DNA from: Paragordius varius
Taxonomy: Eukaryota > Animalia > Nematomorpha
Length of the DNA stretch: 64,000 bases
Direction of reading: 5' to 3'
NCBI GenBank assembly: GCA_964247055.1
Contig: OZ176050.1
Span: 868,001 to 932,000 of the forward strand
In this document: piece after piece, positions 30,556 through 39,950 of the stretch
Layout of the letters: every line of letters starts with the position of its first letter
Numbering within the stretch: position 1 is the stretch's first letter
Program-made: the position numbers and the translations under genes
The notes under the pieces: generated by a model
The model's database searches: none
The model's input: the letters and a program-made list of their open reading frames with translations, nothing else
What the model was told of the DNA's origin: nothing

Positions 30556-30809
30556 ATGACAGATTTAATTGAGAAAAAACTAATGAACATAGAAAAGCGG
30601 ATGCAAAATTTATTCCACCCCAATAAGTTACACTACATCTCGAAGGTAACAATAACAGGGGTAGACCAACATCTAACTGGAAAAAAACAATAAATATTGA
30701 TATAAATGTTGCCAACATTGATGATAACGCCTGGCAGGATCGCAAATATTACAGACAGCTTCTATACGGATACAATGGCTAGCCATTACACAAAGACGAT
30801 ACGATACGA
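30556..30809 (+). pseudogene. Decayed 3' end of an RTE-like non-LTR retrotransposon ORF plus short tandem tail
   Basis: 30627-30782 translates as VTLHLEGNNNRGRPTSNWKKTINIDINVANIDDNAWQDRKYYRQLLYGYNG*. This matches the recalled C-terminal pattern G..RGRP..W...I.............W.DR..WR of RTE-clade reverse transcriptases. An upstream frame gives TDLIEKKL..KRM, similar to the preceding IEKK.L.W.GH..RM block. (ACGAT)~3 follows at 30796-30809. Motif recognition only; no search was run. Confidence 0.45.
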
Positions 30810-31138
30810 AAAGCATTTTTTGCATATTCACCGTCTCTATGAGTGCTTCCTACTCGAACGGCCCAAAAACGCCCCCCTCTAAATAGTTACATAGATTTTT
30901 GCTGTGAGATACAATATTTTTACCCGTGTAATAAGCGAAAAAAAGAATTTATTATAGCATAAAAAATTATATATATCGTGTATAAAATATATTGCATTAT
31001 ATATAGTTTTAAAGCAATGTTGCATTAAGTATGGCCATGTAAATGAGCCAATTTTCAACCTCATTCACCTGGATTATGAGGAAACATATGTTTGAGGGAG
31101 GTGATTGAGTTTTTGAGGTGGGAGTTTTGAAAATTTTT

Positions 31139-31387
31139 ATCAGTATGATGGATAACAGGTCTACACGCGATTTAGGTTATTTTGTTCAAATAATTTATAG
31201 CATCCATCTTTACGAATACCGTAAATAATTTTAGCAATGGCGAAGGCTTGTTTTGTATTTTAATCAATATGATGAAAACAGTTACACGCGATTTATATGC
31301 GGGTCTTATTAAAAAGTTTTGTTTAAATAATTTCTAGATATATGTGCCTCTTTATGGATCCGTAAATTTAGCAATAACGAAAAGCTT
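31139..31387 (+). repeat. Two diverged direct repeats (~111 and ~125 bp, offset 124 bp)
   Basis: 31139-31249 and 31263-31387 share ordered blocks ATCA(G/A)TATGATG, TACACGCGATTTA, TTTTGTT(C/T)AAATAATTT(A/C)TAG, CCGTAAAT, TTAGCAAT and CGAA..GCTT. Confidence 0.8.
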
Positions 31388-31429
31388 AAGGTCTGGGAGG
31401 CTTTAGCCGAAGAAATGATCAATATTTAA
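31331..31429 (+). pseudogene. MADF/Myb-SANT-like DNA-binding domain remnant
   Basis: The frame between two stops reads FLDICASLWIRKFSNNEKLKVWEALAEEMINI*. It resembles the MADF pattern LW.....Y.N...K..AW..IA..L with a shortened spacer. The match is short, with no start codon or full domain. Confidence 0.35.
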
Positions 31430-32229
31430 ATATTTATAAAATATATTCATTTATTGTGTAAAAATAAATTATTAAAAATTATGTCAAATTAAATCGTTTC
31501 TCTGATCTACTCCTGTCTGATGGCTATTCAATATAGGTGTTGTCTGATCTTCTGATATAAAGTTTGCTAACTCATTTTCGTCAATGTTACCTATCATGGA
31601 AATATGTATTACCGAATAATCCGATCATTAGTAAGTAGCAGAGTTTCATGTCTAAAATAAACCAAATTTAAAAATACTCGATAGTATTCCTGATGATTTT
31701 ACCATTTAAAATGGTTTCAAGTGAGGAACAAATTATATGATGACATATTCTAAATTCTTGAAAAAAGATATCAGTAGTTATACAATGATTTTCTAAATAT
31801 TCTGTTAAACTTGCTTATAAACTTCAACTAACTACGATTTCTTGCCTAAATATAAAAAAATAAAGCACTAAAACATTATAACCTTTAGTAAGCATCTGCC
31901 CGAAAAATATTTTTTGATAAATGTCCAAATTTTCCATAACCTACCATATACATATATTAAATTTACTTTATTTAGGCTAATAGAGTTTTCAGATTCCAAA
32001 AATTCTTCCGAGTTCTCGAGATATCGACTTTTGTGATAACCTTAACCCTGAACCAGGATTAAAAATTCTTCCATCTCAACAGGATGAGGAAGGCTCATTC
32101 ACTCGGATTATTAAAAGTGGTAAATGAGCCGGCTTAACTGGCTTATTCACATGGCCCTTAGATGAAAGCATTCACAACCAAGATAATATACATTTTTAGC
32201 GTAACAAGGACAAAGGTGTATTATGCACT

Positions 32230-32991
32230 AAGATAAGAGAGAAGGATAATATTATATTTTCATAAGCTAACAAATTAAGGTAAATTATTAAACATAACAA
32301 CCCGACTATCATCCTACTTGGTTAGGATTATATTTTAAGGCATAAAATTTAGTATTCTTGAACACATCATCCAGGTATCCAGAAAAGGGTGTGAGAGGCT
32401 TGCTCCTTACCGTCACTGTATATGGTAAATATTTAAAAATTTCAGATGAAAAAATGAAATTAGTATTTACAGCTGAGTAAAATAAATCATTTTTTACATA
32501 AAAAAAACAGCAAAAAAGCTGTAAAAATTAAATTTATTTTTAAAAATTAAAGTCCACAAAGCTATTACAAAGTGATATTTATACTTAAACAAACATTATT
32601 AACATCCAAGAACATATAATAAAGTTTGTTTTGATTTAATAAATTGATAAAAAATATTTGTGTATAAAAATGTTAAGTTACCCAATTTTTGAGGGTTTTT
32701 GCCCCCTAAAACAAAATGTATTGGATATTTTGAGTAAATTTTTTTTTTATTTTAAAGATAAATTGGTAATTTCTTGTAAAAACACTTATGTAAGCCACAT
32801 ATTATTTGTTTACATAGCGAAAAATATTTACAAACAAGAAAATTTTGGATATGTCCAAATATGGAAAAAGTCCCATATCTCGAAAACGAGCTGGGTAAGT
32901 AAAAAAAATTTTTACGCAAATCTCATCACAATACTATAAGGAATCAGAAAATATTTAGAAAATCGAGTCCAGAAAAAGTTGTGTCACAGTG
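32230..32991 (-). repeat. Right inverted arm of the transposon
   Basis: Reverse complement of the left arm. It carries an extra 49 nt (32370-32418) that the left arm lacks, and it lacks ~19 nt present in the left arm. The mirror-image 93-aa ORFs in the ORF track independently show the symmetry. Confidence 0.95.
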
Positions 32992-32994
32992 TAA
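32992..32994 (+). other. Target-site duplication TAA (right copy)
   Basis: TAA directly follows the terminal CACAGTG and precedes ATGTAATTTTTATG of the resumed monomer. Confidence 0.92.
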
Positions 32995-34899
32995 ATGTAA
33001 TTTTTATGAATATTTAAAAAATTTATTTTATACGATTTTAAAAATAAAAATGGCTACCTAAAATCCAAATTTGATCAGGTGATGTCACCATAATTTTTTT
33101 TGGGTAGCCCAATGGTAGTTCCATCATCACCCCAAATATTGTCGAGATCGGAGTATAAATGTAAGTTTTTTGAATTTTTTAAATATTTAAAAAATTTATT
33201 TTATACGATTTTAAAAATAAAAATGGCTACCTAAAATCCAAATTTGATCAGGTGATGTCACCATAATTTTTTTTGCGTAGCCCTATGGTAGTTCCATCAT
33301 CACCCCAAATATTTTGGGGATCGGACTATAAATGTAATTTTTATGAATTTTTTAAATATTTAAAAAATTTATTTTATACGATTTTAAAAATAAAAATGGC
33401 TACCTAAAATCCAAATTTGATCAGGTGATGTCACCATAATTTTTTTTGGGTAGCCCTATGGTAGTTCCATCATCACCCCAAATATTTTCGAGATCGGAAT
33501 ATAAATGTAATTTTTATGAAGTTTTTAAATATTTAAAAAATTTATTTTATACGATTTTAAAAATAAAAATGGCTACCTAAAATCCAAATTTGATCAGGTG
33601 ATGTCGCCATAATTTTTTTTGGGTAGCCCTATGGTAGTTCCATCCTCACCCCAAATATTTTCGAGATCGGAGTATAAAAGTAATTTTTTTGAATTTTTTA
33701 AATATTTAAAAAATTTATTTTATACGATTTTAAAAATGAAAATGGCTACCTAAAATCCAAATTTGATCAGGTGTCACCATAATTTTTTTTGCGTAGCCCT
33801 ATGGTAGTTCCATCATCACCCCAAATATTTTGGGGATCGGACTATAAATGTAATTTTATGAATTTTTTAAATATATAAAAAATTTATTTTATACGATTTT
33901 AAAAATAAAAATGGCTACCTAAAATCCAAATTTGATCAGGTGATGTCACCATAATTTTTTTTGGGTAGCCCTATGGTAGTTCCATCATCACCCCAAATAT
34001 TTTCGAGATCGGAATATAAATGTAATTTTTATGAAGTTTTTAAATATTTAAAAAATTTATTCTATACGATTTTAAAAATAAAAATGGCTACCTAAAATCC
34101 AAATTTGATGAGGTGTCACCATAATTTTTTTTGCGTAGCCCTATGGTAGTTCCATCATCACCCCAAATATTGTCGAGATCGGAGTATAAATGTAAGTTTT
34201 TTGAATTTTTTAAATATTTAAAAAATTTATTTTATACGATTTTAAAAATAAAAATGGCTACCTAAAATCCAAATTTGATCAGGTGATGTCACCATAATTT
34301 TTTTTGCGTAGCCCTATGGTAGTTCCATCATCACCCCAAATATTTTGGGGATCGGACTATAAATGTAATTTTTATGAATTTTTTAAATATTTAAAAAATT
34401 TATTTTATACGATTTTAAAAATAAAAATGGCTACCTAAAATCCAAATTTGATCAGGTGATGTCACCATAATTTTTTTTGGGTAGCCCAATGGTAGTTCCA
34501 TCATCACCCCAAATATTGTCGAGATCGGAGTATAAATGTAAGTTTTTTGAATTTTTTAAATATTTAAAAAATTTATTTTATACGATTTTAAAAATAAAAA
34601 TGGCTACCTAAAATCCAAATTTGATCAGGTGATGTCACCATAATTTTTTTTGCGTAGCCCTATGGTAGTTCCATCATCACCCCAAATATTTTCGAGATCG
34701 GAATATAAATGTAATTTTTATGAAGTTTTTAAATATTTAAAAAATTTATTTTATACGATTTTAAAAATAAAAATGGCTACCTAAAATCCAAATTTGATCA
34801 GGTGATGTCGCCATAATTTTTTTTGGGTAGCCCTATGGTAGTTCCATCCTCACCCCAAATATTTTCGAGATCGGAGTATAAATGTAATTTTTTTGAATT

Positions 34900-37800
34900 T
34901 TTTAAATATTTAAAAAATTTATTTTATACGATTTTAAAAATGAAAATGGCTACCTAAAATCCAAATTTGATCAGGTGTCACCATAATTTTTTTTGCGTAG
35001 CCCTATGGTAGTTCCATCATCACCCCAAATATTTTGGGGATCGGACTATAAATGTAATTTTATGAATTTTTTAAATATATAAAAAATTTATTTTATACGA
35101 TTTTAAAAATAAAAATGGCTACCTAAAATCCAAATTTGATCAGGTGATGTCACCATAATTTTTTTTGGGTAACCCTATGGTAGTTCCATCATCACCCCCA
35201 AATATTTTCGAGATCGGAATATAAATGTAATTTTTATGAAGTTTTTAAATATTTAAAAAATTTATTCTATACGATTTTAAAAATAAAAATGGCTACCTAA
35301 AATCCAAATTTGATCAGGTGTCACCATAATTTTTTTTGCGTAGCCCTATTCCATCATCACCCCAAATATTTTGGGGATCGGACTATAAATGTAATTTTTA
35401 TGAATTTTTTAAATATTTAAAAAATTTATTTTATACGATTTTAAAAATAAAAATGGCTACCTAAAATCCAAATTTGATCAGGTGATGTCACCATAATTTT
35501 TTTTGGGTAGCCCTATGGTAGTTCCATCATCACCCCAAATATTTTCGAGATCGGAATATAAATGTAATTTTTATGAAGTTTTTAAATATTTAAAAAATTT
35601 ATTTTATACGATTTTAAAAATAAAAATGGCTACCTAAAATCCAAATTTGATCAGGTGATGTCCCCATAATTTTTTTTGGGTAGCCCTATGGTAGTTCCAT
35701 CATCACCCCAAATATTTTCGAGATCGGAGTATAAATGTAATTTTTATGAATTTTTTAAATATTTAAAAAATTTATTTTATACGATTTTAAAAATAAAAAT
35801 GGCTACCTAAAATCCAAATTTGATCAGGTGATGTCACCATAATTTTTTTTGGGTAACCCTATGGTAGTTCCATCATCACCCCAAATATTTTCGAGATCGG
35901 AGTATAAATGTAATTTTTATGAATTTTTTAAATATTTAAAAAATTTATTTTATACGATTTTAAAAATAAAAATGGCTACCTAAAATCCAAATTTGATCAG
36001 GTGATGTCACCATAATTTTTTTTGGGTAACCCTATGGTAGTTCCATCATCACCCCCAAATATTTTCGATGAAGTTTTTAAATATTTAAAAAATTTATTCT
36101 ATACGATTTTAAAAATAAAAATGGCTACCTAAAATCCAAATTTGATCAGGTGTCACCATAATTTTTTTTGGGTAGCCCTATTCCATCATCACCCCAAATA
36201 TTTTGGGGATCGGACTATAAATGTAATTTTTATGAATTTTTTAAATATTTAAAAAATTTATTTTATACGATTTTAAAAATAAAAATGGCTACCTAAAATC
36301 CAAATTTGATCAGGTGATGTCACCATAATTTTTTTTGGGTAGCCCTATGGTAGTTCCATCATCACCCCAAATATTTTCGAGATCGGAATATAAATGTAAT
36401 TTTTATGAAGTTTTTAAATATTTAAAAAATTTATTTTATACGATTTTAAAAATAAAAATGGCTACCTAAAATCCAAATTTGATCAGGTGATGTCCCCATA
36501 ATTTTTTTTGGGTAGCCCTATGGTAGTTCCATCATCACCCCAAATATTTTCGAGATCGGAGTATAAATGTAATTTTTATGAATTTTTTAAATATTTAAAA
36601 AATTTATTTTATACGATTTTAAAAATAAAAATGGCTACCTAAAATCCAAATTTGATCAGGTGATGTCACCATAATTTTTTTTGCGTAGCCCTATGGTAGT
36701 TCCATCATCACCCCAAATATTTTGGGGATCGGACTATAAATGTAATTTTTATGAATTTTTTAAATATTTAAAAAATTTATTTTATACGATTTTAAAAATA
36801 AAAATGGCTACCTAAAATCCAAATTTGATCAGGTGATGTCACCATAATTTTTTTTGGGTAGCCCTATGGTAGTTCCATCATCACCCCAAATATTTTGGGG
36901 ATCGGACTATAAATGTAATTTTTATGAATATTTAAAAAATTTATTTTATACGATTTTAAAAATAAAAATGGCTACCTAAAATCCAAATTTGATCAGGTGA
37001 TGTCACCATAATTTTTTTTGGGTAGCCCAATGGTAGTTCCATCATCACCCCAAATATTGTCGAGATCGGAGTATAAATGTAAGTTTTTTGAATTTTTTAA
37101 ATATTTAAAAAATTTGTTTTATACGATTTTAAAAATAAAAATGGCTACCTAAAATCCAAATTTGATCAGGTGATGTCACCATAATTTTTTTTGCGTAGCC
37201 CTATGGTAGTTCCATCATCACGCCAAATATTTTGGGGATCGGACTATAAATGTAATTTTTATGAATTTTTTAAATATTTAAAAAATTTATTTTATACGAT
37301 TTTAAAAATAAAAATGGCTACCTAAAATCCAAATTTGATCAGGTGATGTCACCATAATTTTTTTTGGGTAGCCCTATGGTAGTTCCATCATCACCCCAAA
37401 TATTTTCGAGATCGGAGTATAAATGTAATTTTTTTGAATTTTTTAAATATTTAAAAAATTTATTTTATACGATTTTAAAAATGAAAATGGCTACCTAAAA
37501 TCCAAATTTGATCAGGTGTCACCATAATTTTTTTTGCGTAGCCCTATGGTAGTTCCATCATCACCCCAAATATTTTGGGGATCGGACTATAAATGTAATT
37601 TTATGAATTTTTTAAATATATAAAAAATTTATTTTATACGATTTTAAAAATAAAAATGGCTACCTAAAATCCAAATTTGATCAGGTGATGTCACCATAAT
37701 TTTTTTTGGGTAACCCTATGGTAGTTCCATCATCACCCCCAAATATTTTCGAGATCGGAATATAAATGTAATTTTTATGAAGTTTTTAAATATTTAAAAA

Positions 37801-39950
37801 ATTTATTCTATACGATTTTAAAAATAAAAATGGCTACCTAAAATCCAAATTTGATCAGGTGTCACCATAATTTTTTTTGCGTAGCCCTATTCCATCATCA
37901 CCCCAAATATTTTGGGGATCGGACTATAAATGTAATTTTTATGAATTTTTTAAATATTTAAAAAATTTATTTTATACGATTTTAAAAATAAAAATGGCTA
38001 CCTAAAATCCAAATTTGATCAGGTGATGTCACCATAATTTTTTTTGGGTAGCCCTATGGTAGTTCCATCATCACCCCAAATATTTTCGAGATCGGAATAT
38101 AAATGTAATTTTTATGAAGTTTTTAAATATTTAAAAAATTTATTTTATACGATTTTAAAAATAAAAATGGCTACCTAAAATCCAAATTTGATCAGGTGAT
38201 GTCCCCATAATTTTTTTTGGGTAGCCCTATGGTAGTTCCATCATCACCCCAAATATTTTCGAGATCGGAGTATAAATGTAATTTTTATGAATTTTTTAAA
38301 TATTTAAAAAATTTATTTTATACGATTTTAAAAATAAAAATGGCTACCTAAAATCCAAATTTGATCAGGTGATGTCACCATAATTTTTTTTGGGTAACCC
38401 TATGGTAGTTCCATCATCACCCCAAATATTTTCGAGATCGGAGTATAAATGTAATTTTTATGAATTTTTTAAATATTTAAAAAATTTATTTTATACGATT
38501 TTAAAAATAAAAATGGCTACCTAAAATCCAAATTTGATCAGGTGATGTCACCATAATTTTTTTTGGGTAACCCTATGGTAGTTCCATCATCACCCCCAAA
38601 TATTTTCGATGAAGTTTTTAAATATTTAAAAAATTTATTCTATACGATTTTAAAAATAAAAATGGCTACCTAAAATCCAAATTTGATCAGGTGTCACCAT
38701 AATTTTTTTTGGGTAGCCCTATTCCATCATCACCCCAAATATTTTGGGGATCGGACTATAAATGTAATTTTTATGAATTTTTTAAATATTTAAAAAATTT
38801 ATTTTATACGATTTTAAAAATAAAAATGGCTACCTAAAATCCAAATTTGATCAGGTGATGTCACCATAATTTTTTTTGGGTAGCCCTATGGTAGTTCCAT
38901 CATCACCCCAAATATTTTCGAGATCGGAATATAAATGTAATTTTTATGAAGTTTTTAAATATTTAAAAAATTTATTTTATACGATTTTAAAAATAAAAAT
39001 GGCTACCTAAAATCCAAATTTGATCAGGTGATGTCCCCATAATTTTTTTTGGGTAGCCCTATGGTAGTTCCATCATCACCCCAAATATTTTCGAGATCGG
39101 AGTATAAATGTAATTTTTATGAATTTTTTAAATATTTAAAAAATTTATTTTATACGATTTTAAAAATAAAAATGGCTACCTAAAATCCAAATTTGATCAG
39201 GTGATGTCACCATAATTTTTTTTGCGTAGCCCTATGGTAGTTCCATCATCACCCCAAATATTTTGGGGATCGGACTATAAATGTAATTTTTATGAATTTT
39301 TTAAATATTTAAAAAATTTATTTTATACGATTTTAAAAATAAAAATGGCTACCTAAAATCCAAATTTGATCAGGTGATGTCACCATAATTTTTTTTGGGT
39401 AGCCCTATGGTAGTTCCATCATCACCCCAAATATTTTGGGGATCGGACTATAAATGTAATTTTTATGAATATTTAAAAAATTTATTTTATACGATTTTAA
39501 AAATAAAAATGGCTACCTAAAATCCAAATTTGATCAGGTGATGTCACCATAATTTTTTTTGGGTAGCCCAATGGTAGTTCCATCATCACCCCAAATATTG
39601 TCGAGATCGGAGTATAAATGTAAGTTTTTTGAATTTTTTAAATATTTAAAAAATTTGTTTTATACGATTTTAAAAATAAAAATGGCTACCTAAAATCCAA
39701 ATTTGATCAGGTGATGTCACCATAATTTTTTTTGCGTAGCCCTATGGTAGTTCCATCATCACGCCAAATATTTTGGGGATCGGACTATAAATGTAATTTT
39801 TATGAATTTTTTAAATATTTAAAAAATTTATTTTATACGATTTTAAAAATAAAAATGGCTACCTAAAATCCAAATTTGATCAGGTGATGTCACCATAATT
39901 TTTTTTGGGTAGCCCTATGGTAGTTCCATCATCACCCCAAATATTTTCGA
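34900..39950 (+). repeat. 15-monomer tandem duplication (period 2541 bp)
   Basis: TAGCCCTATTCC deletion at 35341/37882, 25-bp deletion TTTTCGATGAAG at 36061/38602 and CACGCC at 37221/39762 are all offset by 2541. Confidence 0.88.

Larger units (their letters stand above)
31033..32156. mobile_element. Probable nested, decayed PIF/Harbinger-like non-autonomous element (~1.12 kb)
   Basis: GGCCATGTAAATGAGCCA (31033-31050) and TGGCTTATTCACATGGCC (32139-32156) are inverted repeats matching at 16/18. The right end is followed by C-TTA, while the left flank fits a TSD only imperfectly. Subterminal GT(A/G)AAT(G/A)AGCC motifs recur at ~32092-32102 and 32120-32130, and there is an internal MADF-like remnant. 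Confidence 0.4.
29814..32991. mobile_element. Non-autonomous TIR DNA transposon, 3,178 bp, CMC-superfamily (Chapaev3-like) ends
   Basis: Starts CACTGTG (29814) and ends CACAGTG (32991), a perfect inverted heptamer. It is flanked by TAA on both sides, has long inverted arms and lacks a transposase ORF. CAC...GTG termini with a 3-bp TWA duplication are the described hallmarks of Chapaev3/CMC elements; Transib has similar ends but a 5-bp TSD, which is not seen here (TATAA vs TAAAT). Boundaries are near-certain; the family call is an inference. Confidence 0.9.

Noticed and set aside
30512-30745. 77-aa minus-strand ORF
   Set aside because: It is antisense to the more convincing RTE-like remnant, runs into the inverted arm and has no recognisable motif.
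30879-31064. 61-aa minus-strand ORF
   Set aside because: It crosses low-complexity AT sequence and the putative boundary of the nested element; no motif.
32414-32420. Internal CACTGTA resembling a cryptic element end
   Set aside because: It is a 6/7 match with no partner end or TSD, so it is compatible with chance.
29877-32939. Mirror 93-aa ORFs in the two inverted arms (29877-30158 and 32658-32939)
   Set aside because: They exist twice only because the arms are inverted copies. They have non-ATG starts, K/F/I/N-rich composition typical of AT-rich non-coding DNA, and no transposase motif.
29809-32996. Transib assignment of the element
   Set aside because: The termini fit CACWRTG, but the 5-bp flanks (TATAA vs TAAAT) are not duplicated. 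The empty sites show a 3-bp TAA duplication.
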